Origin: Phoronis australis
Lineage: Eukaryota; Animalia; Phoronida
Direction of reading: 5' to 3'
Length of the DNA: 64,000 bases
NCBI GenBank assembly: GCA_002633005.1
Contig: NMRA01000530.1
Span: forward strand, 131,829 to 195,828
Shown here: piece after piece, positions 12,901 through 24,700 of the stretch
Layout of the letters: each line of letters opens with the position of its first letter
How positions within the stretch are numbered: the first letter of the stretch is position 1
Translations under genes and position numbers: made by a program
The notes under the pieces: generated by a model
Told to the model about the DNA's origin: nothing
Database searches by the model: none
What the model saw: the letters and a program-made list of their open reading frames with translations, nothing else

Positions 12901-15900
12901 ACCGACTGCGTGAATACGGGTAACTCTCTCCGACAACACATCTGACTTTAGTTATAACTTCTTAATATGGAGACTCGCATCTTTCGTTTCAAAACAGTTC
13001 TTGTCAGTCAAGCCATAAGCACTATTATTCTCGACTTTTGTTAATTAATAACGAAATATTGATTTATTGCATACACAAAATTTAAAAATTTTGACCCACG
13101 TGGTGACCGCAGTGGGAGCTAAGCATAGCAGACCATTTCTTGTCTGGGGGGAGTCGACTGTCTGCGTGACTGGTCGCCTGTTTGTTACTGACCAGTCAAA
13201 TAAAAAATTGTGATCTGTACTGTCATGCAAGGTGTCTTACTTAGCTGAGAAGACTTGACACTCCATATGTTTACTGTAACTGAATGAGGCATACCACTGT
13301 GATATAGACAGCAGTTGCAACCCAGTCAAAGTGGCTCTTTTTGGCCAAATTTTGCCATAATATGTGTCGAAAATAATCTGACAGACAAAATGATTCGTAA
13401 TTTCACATCATGACAGCCAAATACAATCAGTTTCAAGAGAGATGGTCATTACGAACATGACAGGGAAACAATATTTTGTGACTCCTTTTGGCAAGTACTG
13501 TACTTCATTGCTGGTGTGTACGGCACATGTGTGTAGAGCATTGTATGTTTGCAGGTATTTGGATTATGGTTTAGGTAATACATGACTAATAAACTTGCAA
13601 TGGGTCATATCCCGTTTCACAAAACGGTAAGTCTACCAATGTTTTGGTTAAATTAATTTTGCAATCCTAATAATAAAACTTCAACCATTGATGATTTGTA
13701 CTGAGGTCAGGGATATTCCTGACCAAGTTTGAACCTGTGCCCTTCGAACGCACCTGACGACAAAAAGTGTGCCTTTTTTCAAAAAAATTGTGCCCAGCAG
13801 ACATGCTCACCCGATTGGCAGTAACTTGACTATAGAATCTTGCACTTTTGGAAGAGTGCTGTATTTAAAAGATGTGTCTGGGATGCACAATGCTGTAATG
13901 TACTTGCGCCTTCATATTTTTATGTGCTAATGGAACCAAAGAACAGTCCAGGAATTTCTCTATGAGGTTGTCAATACAAGCATTTCTGATGCAAAATCTG
14001 GTGCGCATATCATTATCAATGAAAATAATGCAGGGCCAACAGATAAAAGGTTCAAAGGTAACGTGCATTCAAACCATCTATTAAGAGCTCTGTCTTGTTT
14101 CCAGTGATTGTTGGTATGGATGAGATCTTTTTCACTTCAGATGAATTCATATTAAGACATTCTAAACTTGATGAAGCTCATCTGAGTTGTCTGTTACCTC
14201 TGTTCCAATGTCCAGTCCAATGTCAAGGTCACTGTCTTGCTTTGTGAAGGGGAAGTTTTTCTCGCAGTGCATAGAGAATGTGAACACGCCGTCATGGTTA
14301 CGAAATATAAAAGCAGTACCATCACCCTAAATAAAAGACATTTCCAAAAATCAGTGATCCACATAAACTACGGTACTATGCATGGGAACCCCCATATTCT
14401 CTTAAGACAAAAATCCTAAGGATCGTTATGCACCTGCACTCTGCTGAGATGATTAGTAGCCTGACCATTTTCAGTTTGACAGTGATAGCAAGGGGAGAAA
14501 GTTGGCAAACCAATGTTTACATAGTCCAGCTCTCTCATTGTCTGGGTTTGTCTGATAAGCACATTGTAATCCAGCAATTATGCAGTAAACAGGGCTCCTG
14601 AGGCTATACTGATATTTAAAATTTCTATTTTCAAACATCTCTCAACAAATGTTGTGAAGAAAGATGTGTTTTGTATGAAATACTCTCACCAAAAAAAAAA
14701 AATTCAAACAGAGAAAAACAGTTGTTTTTTCTGAGTAATTACTGAATATTCACCTGCTGATCCCTTTATGTGACTTAAGCTCTGACCCACTTACTGCCAC
14801 AGCATTGTGTAACAACACAATAGGCTTGTTTGTCAAGTTGAATCCAATGGGATTTACAGATCATATCATGATGTTGAAAATTTCTTGGCCAACAAACAGT
14901 CCAGGGGAATAAAGGTAACCCCTTTTATCCACATTCTTTCAGGCTCAGCTTCTGTTGTCAGTTAGTGTTGTAGTTCATTAGATTATATGATTACAGGCCA
15001 TGCTGGAAACTAGTTCCCAATGAAAAGCTCAAGGCTTGGGTTTTTGTTGACAAAATCACTATTAATTGACCAATTCTTTAAGTCTACTTTTTACTTCTCT
15101 AATTTAGATTTTACAAATTTATGTTCCAAAAAATATGTAAAAATAGAGCCATGTATTGCTTTCAAAGCCTTCTATTTAGATAATTTATGAAGTTGTTAAG
15201 AAACAATAATTACTCTCACTGTGTGGCCTAAGTGTACCCAGTCACTCCATAACTGATCTCCCTCTACTGTGAATGGTAAGTGGATAGAAGCATGTCCAGC
15301 TGATCATGTGACATTGAAGCAATTCGAAAGATTTCTCCAAATTGACCCTTATCTCCTTTAAAGGGGACGTTTCAGCATGCACTCATGCCAATGTGTTAAA
15401 GTTGTCAGTTTATGAATGAGGTTATCAAGTGCATTGCTTTTCTGAAATAAAAAATAAAATGAATATTGTTGTGTTATGTTTCAAGTATTTTTAGAGAATG
15501 GCACTACTGAAAAACAACATTGCCATCACCAGCCAAAGTCTCCGGCACTTTCAGACATTAGGATCCTGGTAACAGTTTTCCAAATCACGCTAAACAATCA
15601 AAAATATATTCCAGAAAAAATAAATCTTTTACTTTGCTCTTACCTGATGAACGTCTAAGTCCACCACCAGCACCCTCTCAGCCAGTTTCTTCGTTATACA
15701 GTAATCCGCCGACACAGCCAAATCATTGATGAGACAATAACCAGAACCATAACTGGGAAATGCATGATGTGTTCCACCTCCGGTACTACAAGCCAGTCCA
15801 TACTTCAGCGCCAGCACTGATGCAAGAACGGTGCCACCTAATAACATAATTTTTCATAAAATATTAGAAACATCTAATTGGGAGATTTTCACAACACAGG

Positions 15901-18900
15901 ATTGATTGGTCCAGAAATACTGAAAACATACCCTCAGGATCACTTTGATCCAAGGTAGTCAATCTTTGAACCACAGAATGTCTGAATTAGAATACAATCA
16001 ACCAATCAACAACACAGTCAAAAGAGTCCAAAACAGCTACCTATCAGATAAGCCATTTTAAGGCCTTGGATTTCGAAAAAACAGATTGACTAGCAATGAA
16101 GATTTCCGGGAAAGTGGGACCTAAAATACATTCTCGGCTTGGAAGTTATTTAGGACTAGCAAAATTTCAAAATTTGGCTTTTAACTTTCGAACACCATGC
16201 ATCAGAAATGAATATTTCATGATTAATATGGAACTTTTGTAGACTATGTTTTATGCACTGTTCTCTAAACAATTTTGGAAATTGTTTTAAAAATGTTCAG
16301 TACGTTTTTACATGAGAGACTAGTATCTAAATAAGACTTTTATGATTATCCTGTAAAGAGTTCACATACTGCATAATAATTAAAATGAATTGACAGTTTA
16401 GAAACTGGAATTGTAACAGTAGTCTTATATAACCGTTATATCAAATGGTCATATTATTTCTGCAGTTATTTTTTGAAAGAATGTACTTTTAAGTACATTC
16501 ATTTTTTGCTATATTTTACTGAAGCCCAATTATATTAGTGCAAAGTTGAAATTGTATAGGATTTCTATTGTCTTTCACAATTGTGTTCTCCAGTTGAGTA
16601 CAACTTGTTAGGTTGTATAGCACAAGTTGGGCACATGACCACTGTAGCCAATATCTACCGTACACAACTGATTATATCCATTCTGGCATTTATGGTTGGA
16701 GGGTCAGCTCTCTTTTTTTCGATAATTACTCTAATCTGGGATAAGATCCTAGCCTGACTGGGCTATGCTGTAAAAGTTGAGTTATAAGTTATAAAATGTT
16801 TGAACATAAACCAATAACATTTCTGAATTCCTCGTCTAATGTTGATCATGTTTATTTTTGAATCACCAAAATCTCCCAACTACAACCAAAGTTAAGTCAA
16901 TCTGTTCTGAGGGTTAATGCACTGGTCAGAAAAAACCTGGTAGATAATTGGCCTGCATATTGTCATACCAGACAAAAGACTGTGCTGGGCAGTTAACAAA
17001 GGTGCTAGTTGTTATCACAGGCTCCAAACCCTTCTGTCTGGTAAAGTCAGTGAATGGGAGAAGGTCCTAATGTTTGTGATAGCTTCATTCACGCATTTGT
17101 TAATAAGGCTGTACATAAACCAAACCATGCTTCCTATCCTACAAACATAAACCAAGTCCTTGTTTCTAGGTACTCAAAGTCCTTGTGCACCTGTTTCGTA
17201 GCGACATCTAGTGAGGATGCCAGGAGTCCACTTGAATCCACTGATTTTCTGTTCCTTCTCACTGGTATGTCCAGCATAAAACCTGTCCACGTAATCAGCA
17301 TCGTGTACACCAACAAGTGAGGACTTCGAGACTAGATTGGGCTCAAACACCTGTTTCATTGATATCACATTATCGGACTTCAAATTGCGAAAAACTTTGT
17401 GGAATTTCCGCATGGCAAACCTGTGTCTGGCAGGAAGATCACAGACATATTGGTGATGGTGCACTATGGGTAATCTATTGACCTCAAGGTTGGGGCTGAC
17501 TGTTTCTTTGTCATCAACACTAAATTGTTTTCTGGGCCCAGCTTGCATCTTAAAGAGATCCGCCTTGGCAAGGGACCTATAACCATGCTGAACACTTCGA
17601 TTCATCAGGACCTAAAAATATCAAGTAATAACACACTACATTTGACATTTATTGGACAATGGAACATATTTGCTGCACTGGGAAATAAGCAATTTACACC
17701 TAATTTGGCTATTTTTTATTGTATTTCCTTGGGTACAAATGACCTTAACCTACTTTTATTCCTGGAATTCAATTTCACAAGCTATATTTATTTACTATTA
17801 GTACATCCCCACACTGTAGAATTTCTTGGTTTTGACAGTCCAGGGGAATGGTAGATGATGAAATTGTTTGAAAAGTCCACAGTTTTAGTCCATGATTAAA
17901 TCAGTTCATTTCAGTTACTTAGTGTTTCATTGTCCCCAAGTCATTGTTAATGTGCTAATTGCTCTACTCCACACAAAAACATTAGATCAGCATTCCTAGA
18001 TAAAGACTTCTTGACTGCAGCGGTTGATGTACAGATCTGAAAACTGCTGCTTAACTAGTAATTTTTCAATTTTGGTTAGGAGCTAGAACTAGTACTGTAT
18101 TTTGCTAAATTTAGGCCTTGCAACTACCACAGGTATGATTTTAATTTTCAAAATTTGGGCAAATTTGTGTTCCAAGGGTTGGTCTGTATTTAAATAATTT
18201 ACAATTAATACAGATACACTATTTTGACTGTGAAGCGAGCTTAAGTTGCTTTCCCATTAGAAATGAAACTAGTACGCTTTTAAAAAAGTTTTGGTAAGTG
18301 GGAAAGTTTAAATCAGATGGTTAACTTGCAAGCGAAACTTCGCTTTTAATGTACGATATATACGATTACGCGAGACTCGCAAAACCTGTTCTTTGCTAAA
18401 GTAGCTTAGCCAATGTGCTCTAAATAGACACATGTAAATGAATAAACGAAAGCATATCTGATGAAAAATGACACTGGTCATTTTTATATTAGTCTCATAA
18501 ATGGCAGGAGGACAAATTTCGGTTAGCCTCAAACCCACTACAAAAAATTGCTCTGAGAGTACGAAATGAACTGCGTTGTTAGGTACATCATCGATATTGC
18601 TAATTGTTAAGTGGGAAACCTACATGTAAAGTTTCGGCAAAGTTTCGGTAAACTGAAGTTCCCCAAATGAGAAAGCGCTTAAGGGGCTTCACACAGTTGG
18701 ACTTGCTATTATCGCTGATCTGAATAGGCCTTTCCATTTGTGGGTAGTAGTACATGGCAATTAGGTCTGATCAGTTAGTGAAACTTTTGGACAGACAATC
18801 AAATCAGCTGATCTAAATTACGGCTATCTCCCACAAAACCTTAGTAAGGAAAAAAGTTCTATCCTCAAATCTTTAAGGAATTCATCCACGGAAAGGGCGA

Positions 18901-21399
18901 AAATGAAACATATTTATGGTATCAGATGAAAGTACAATGAAGAGCAATCGAGCAGAAAGACTTTTGATTTTCTGATCGTCCAGAGTTTTCCAATTACCTG
19001 CCAACTCCAGACAGTCCATCACATTATAGACCCTTTCATACTAGTGTTGACGTGTCAATGTTATGGGGAAATGCGGTCAGTATGATCGATTAACTTTGGT
19101 CCTGGATCGAATTTAACAATGTCAGTTAACTTCGCAGTAAGCAGGTGGATTTAGCGTAGCATAGACGCTGCAGTGCAATTAATATGAACGTCAACTTCAG
19201 ACCCATCAAAGTTATCAGTTATCTTCAGGTGCCACTGTTATGGTCAACAAATAAAGAGCAGTGTTGTCACTAATAGCTGCTTTTATTTTGCTCGAATAAT
19301 CACCAATCAAATTAAAAAAAATTACGTCAATTAGCACAAAATGTCCCCAATTGTCACATTAAAAAATCTTAGCATGCAGCACTACCTTGTGATTACTGAT
19401 CGGTGACAATAGTGTCATCTTCAATATCCATCAACTAAGGAAGCCGGTATGAACGGTTTAATTAATTTCACAGTTTACATCGACGCTCCACTCAGACCGT
19501 ATGAAAGGGCATTCTTAAATGTTATGGGCACTGGTCAGATATAGCGTTCCGTGATTTTAAGAAGCAGTTCCATCCACTGAATTATTCAGTGATTCAGTGA
19601 GTGATTGCCCGATATTACAAATCAGGGACCATGACATTCGACCAGCATTTCGCTCAGGGTCTGAGCTCAGTCCACTAGGGTAGGTTGTTTACACAACTGT
19701 TAACTAAGACCCAGCATGAAAACATTTGTATGCCAGATCACAGACAGTGGTGTTCTTCAATTGGTCTATTTTGAAGAGTGCAGTGAGTGTCAAGCACATC
19801 TGTACCGCTAGCTTTGTTTCTTGATAGTGATGCTTGGTGTGTTACAATTTTATTTATTCCACTATCAGGGGTCTCATAACAAAGAATCCAAGTATTGAAG
19901 GACTCCTTTACTTCTTTATTTGGGAAGTCGAATTTGTGCATGCTCAGTAATGCCTAAGATTTTGTGGAAAGCAGCTTGCTGAGACACTTTTAAAAAAATC
20001 ACTCTAACGCCCACAACAATTAAACAAAATTTATTAACAATTTTACACACGTTGATACAATTCAATCGCAATGTGTACCTTGTTTTAATATGGATATGTA
20101 GGCGTATCTTTGGTGAATGTGAGTCGACTTTGACCAAAAACATACATAAAATATTAAATATCAAAATTATGTGAGAAAGATGCAACAGTTTAAATAACCG
20201 AATACTCAGGCACATTCCACTCACAGACAGCCAGAGGGCTTATCACTGCAGTTAATCAAATGCGAAGCTGTAAACGTAAACAAACTGCTGCACACTTGTT
20301 AAGTGGCAGTCCATAAAAACCTAACCCAACTTACGGACCCCTAGACTTCAGACACTGAGCAGAATGATCGAGTGCCGTGTTATGGTTATGCGTTATGGTA
20401 TGGTTACGTGTACTACACACAGGCGTCCTCAGCTTCTGACCGTCCCCAATAAACTATAGAATACTAGTGTCTTGGGGACGACCAGAACTAGAAGCTGAGC
20501 TCGACGCCTGCGGTAACTGCACCGTACGGTGATGACTGACGGTGTAGCTAGTACTACTAGTATAGTATAGACTAACCTTTGTACAAAGCTGTATACTAAA
20601 TATACAGCTTTGCACCGATGTTGGTAAAAAAGTGGTAAGATAAAATCTGACACAAAATTTATTATCAAGTTAAAAACTACAGTCTTCCTTGAGTAAACTA
20701 AATTATTTGACGGTGATGGAAAAAATGACGTTCTACCGTTATTCTGCTGCTAAAGTTTTGGAGTGATCTTCAGCGATGGCTTTCGGCGCCATGAAATATT
20801 GCGTCGCCTAATTGGCCAGTCTTTCTTTTTTCGCCGATTCTTCAATCAAGTGTTTTTCTGGAGGTTGCGTTGTCACAACAAATTATCGGAACTAGTTTCA
20901 TTTCAGTTTTTAGAATTTTGATACCAAAAAACCAAATTTCAGAAGAAATTTTGTTGCTGAGAAGCTATCATCATCTCCGGAGGGTTATGTCGCAAAAATT
21001 TACGTGCACGTGACACGAGCATACCGTTTTCAGAACAATGACATACTTTTCATTGTTAGAAAAGGCCGCGAATTACGCAAGCAAATGACGTTTCTTGCAT
21101 TGTTTTTCACTTAAACGGTTGTAACGGGCAAGGTGAGTGTCGTTTCATTCCCAGATTTTGCATGCACCCCGTCCGGTATTTAGCTTTACCTGTTGATACA
21201 AGTTTCACGGCGAGGTGAAGAGCAGAACTACCCTGGTTGTGTGCAATTTCGGTGTCTACGGAAGAAATACACACAGTGGTACCTAGCTGTATTTTGACGA
21301 CAGACAGCTAGCTGGCTGGCTGAGACTTAAATTATAACTAAGTATAGTCTAGTAATAGACTAGTTGGCAGGGGACGAAGCAACTTACTGAAGAAGACAT
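9989..21399 (-). CDS. hdac12: Histone deacetylase-family protein, class IV-related (HDAC11/HDAC12-like, 'SYNPCC7002_A1628-like'), ~363 aa
   Basis: Exons (minus strand): 21388-21399 (MSSS, tentative), 17191-17611, 15644-15837, 14198-14326, 12473-12611, 10912-11054, 9989-10042. All introns are GT-AG and the phases are consistent. Motifs: HRFAMRKF, GGGTHHA (His dyad), GSGYC, DLDVHQGDG, YDAGIDPH..D.LG, GGGY. Confidence 0.92.
14943..15260 (+). repeat. Interspersed repeat shared with ferritin intron 2 (25070-25400)
   Basis: GCTCAGCTTCT..TG...GCCATGCTGGAAACTA...AAGGCTTGG...TTGACAAAAT...TTGACCAATT occurs in both. Confidence 0.65.
19030..19511. mobile_element. MITE with CCCTTTCATAC TIRs; related inverted copy at ~25414-25716
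   Basis: CCCTTTCATAC...GTATGAAAGGG. It shares internal blocks (ATTGTCACATTAAAAAATCTTAGC, CAGTTAACTTCGCA) in reverse orientation with the ferritin intron 2 copy. Confidence 0.65.
20418..20512. mobile_element. Older, diverged copy of the same palindromic MITE family
   Basis: CACAGGCGTCCTCAGCTTCTGACCGTCCCCAATA...TTGGGGACGACC..AGAAGCTGAG..GACGCCTGCG. Confidence 0.8.
20637..21325 (+). repeat. ~700-bp interspersed repeat (copies 23079-23775 +; partial inverted 22855-23005 and 23790-24020; partial 48490-48735 and 51980-52225)
   Basis: Shared blocks AGATAAAATCTGACACAAAATT, GGGCAAGGTGAGTG..CCCAGATTTTGCATGCACCC, GTGACAAGCAGAAC and GCTGGCTGGC. Confidence 0.75.
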
Positions 21400-21727
21400 T
21401 CCTGATCAAATCAACTTAGCACTCATCATTGGCAATGCGATTTTTGCTTTCGCATGTCGAAACAATGCTAGCTATCTCATTCACAGTTTTGAAACAGAAA
21501 ATGATGATGAAAGTTTGATAAAGCCAAGGAGCACGAATTTTTGAACGACATTCTCCATTTTGTCCAGTCATGTGTTGCAAGCACATGATCAAAAACTTGT
21601 CCAATCAATGGACAGCACGAATAAAAAGGACAACAGGTGGCAGTGTTTGTCGGAAAAAAATCCCAAGGTCATTGTGCGGTCGTTCACTTTACTGTTCTTT
21701 CCTTAATTTCCCCTATCTCCTTCGGAT
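21400..21727. promoter_or_regulatory. Putative bidirectional promoter between the HDAC12-like gene (-) and ferritin (+)
   Basis: The start codons are ~330 bp apart and head-to-head. CCAAT is at 21601 and a TATA-like ATAAAA at 21621, followed by a pyrimidine-rich ferritin leader. This depends on the tentative HDAC exon 1. Confidence 0.6.
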
Positions 21728-24700
21728 ATGTCACTTGTTCGCCAAAATTACCCTCCTGAATGCGAGGCGGCGGTGAACAAGCAAATCAACCTTGAAATGT
21801 ACGCCAGCTATGCCTATTTGGGTCTGGCATATTTCTTCGAGAGAGACGATGTTGCCTTGCCCGGATTTTTCAAGTTCTTCAAAAAGTTGTCGGACGAAAA
21901 AAGGGAAAACTCCAATGTTGTAAGTTCGTGGACTGTATTTGAGTACATGTGCTTTACTTCGATGGTAGTCGTCTTTTCTGTACGTTAATTAGTTTGATGC
22001 CGAAAGGCGGGAGCTCAGGTCAATGTTTTTCAGCGTCTGGTTAGGAAAGTTAAGTAGCCGGTATGATGATTTTTAAATGTTTTGTTCTATCCCAGTTTCT
22101 CTACTGTGCTTTAATCTGGCATTTTTGTGGCCAAGTCAATACACATAAGATTGAACGAGTCCAATGTAGGGCCCTGCGATTTGTAGTTGATGATTTTTCT
22201 AGCTCATATGAAACACTAAACTGAGAGCTAATCTGCCTACTTTTGAGCTTGGACTAGACGGAATGATTCTAAAACTCTTAAAATAGGCTTTCAAAATTTT
22301 GAACCATGCATTTGTCACCCCCATTTGTGTGGGACCTCACAATTCACAGGACCCCATATAATTTGAGATCATCAAATAGGACAAACATTGCTCAGTGCAG
22401 AACCACTCGGTATGGTCTACGTGATCTTTCATAGCCTTCGTTATGCCCCGCTATGGCTTTGATTTGTGGAATTCTTTATCAGAGGAGGCAAGATTGAGCC
22501 TGCCTTTAAAGTCTTTTGTGCAGTGTGCAAACGTGGATTGAGCCTCCTTGTAAGTGCAGACTCTGCGATATCTTGAATCATACATAATCTCCTCTCCTAC
22601 GGTGCTTAAATTTGCTCAGTCTTAACCTTGTATTTAGTATTTTAAATTTTGTTTTAATTTCATATATATATTTATTTTATTTATTTTATAACTTATGTAT
22701 TTATTTTTCAGTGTACTAGCCTAGATGGCTAATGTTTTTCCTCTTGTTTCACTTAACCGACTATAAATAAAATGACTGGACTTGACTTGATACCATTAAT
22801 ATAATGACTAAAAATGAAAATGTCCCGAGACGAGTGTTGACTTCTATCGCCGGCCTAACCAGCCAACTAGCTGTATGAAGACTATCGTCAAAATACAGCT
22901 GGGAACCACTGTGTGTTGAGTAGTTCCGACAGACCTCGAAATTGCACTCAACCCGGATAGTTTTGCTTGTCACCTTGTCGTGAGACTTCAACAAATAGTA
23001 GCCTTGGCGCAAAGCTGTAATTATATACATACCGTACATGTCTATAGCTTTTCACCGATGTAAGTAAAAAAACTGACCAGATAAAATCTGACACAAAATT
23101 AGTGTCAGCAAAAACTATACTCTTCCTTGAGTTAATTAAAGTATTTATCAGTGTTGGAAAAATCGTCATTCTACCATTATTCTACTGCTAAAATTGTGGT
23201 ACGATCTTTTGTGTGGACTTTTGGCGCCTTAAAATATTACGTCACCTATTGACCTGTTTCTTTTTTCGCCGTTTCTTTAATCAACTGTGGTGTATTCATG
23301 AGTTTGCGTACCCATCCCAACAAATTATTTGAACTAATTTCACTTCGTTGTAAGTTTTTAGAATTTTGATACCAGCAAACCGAATTTCAGAACAAATTGC
23401 TGCGAAGGTGTTGTCATCTCCCGAGAGACATGGCAAAAATTTAGGAAATGGCATGTACCACATGTCACGAGCGTACTGTTTCCAAAACGACGACATACTT
23501 TTCATTGTTACAATAGGCGGAGAATTAAGCAAGAAACTGACATTTATATCAGATTGTTTTTTACTTAAACGGTTGTAGAAGGCAAGGTGAGTGCCAGTTG
23601 ACTCCCAGATTTTGCATGCACCCTCATCAGTCTAGCTCTGTGTGTTGATACAAGTATCATGGCAAGGTGACAAGCAGAACTTACCGAGTTGTGTGCAATT
23701 TCGAGGTCTGTCGAAACTGAACACGCATTGGTATCTAGCTTTGATGATAGCCTTCATACAGCTAACTGGCTGGCTACATGTAGAGCTATTCGGGTGCATG
23801 CAAAATCTGGGAGTCAAGCAACACACCTTGCCCGTTACAACCATTTAAGTGAATAACAACCTAACAAACGTCATTTCCTTGCACAATTCTCCGTCTTTAT
23901 GAAAAGTATGTCGTCTTTCTCAAAACAATATGCTTCTGACACACGCACGCTTCATGTCCTAAATTTTACAACATCTCTCCGGAGATGGTGACAGCTTCGC
24001 AGCATCAAAATTTGGTTTCAAATTCATTTGTTGCACTCATTACGTAACTCTCAAATCTGATTCAAAATTGATCCTTGAATCGGAAAGGTTTTCCAATTAG
24101 TACTATTTTTTACAGTCTATTATAGACTTCTGTCAAATACTATTTCTACCACTAGTTGCTACACAGCTTTTATTTGTCGATTCCTTATGTACGCCAGGCA
24201 TATGTAACTTTGCAATTGACGTTTGATCCCTAAACTGAAACTTTCTGAATGTATGATCTGTGCTGTCTGCAGAAACCTGTGGCCTACTTAGAAATTACTT
24301 TTCCAACAAGAATATTCAACACTAATAATAGTTTTCAAGAAGGTGTATTCTCTGAACATTCAGAGCATCATGTTGAGGATAACAAACTGATAGTTCAGTG
24401 ACCACGTATTGGAGTGACTGGTTGATGGCAATATTCCTCGTACTATATGTTAACTTACTACTTGCCTCTTTTTTATTTAGTACTATTTGTGGAGCTCTGG
24501 CAATGTTAAAACCATTACACGATCTGTTCTACTACAGTTAATGGAACTTCAAAACAAGAGAGGGGGTCGAATTAAGTTTCAAGATGTGGCTAAGCCTGAG
24601 ACAAGCGACTGGGAGAATGCGACAAAAGCCCTGGAAGTGGCACTGGTGTTGGAGAAGAAACTAAATCAGTCCTACATTGACCTTCACAATGTTGCTTGTA

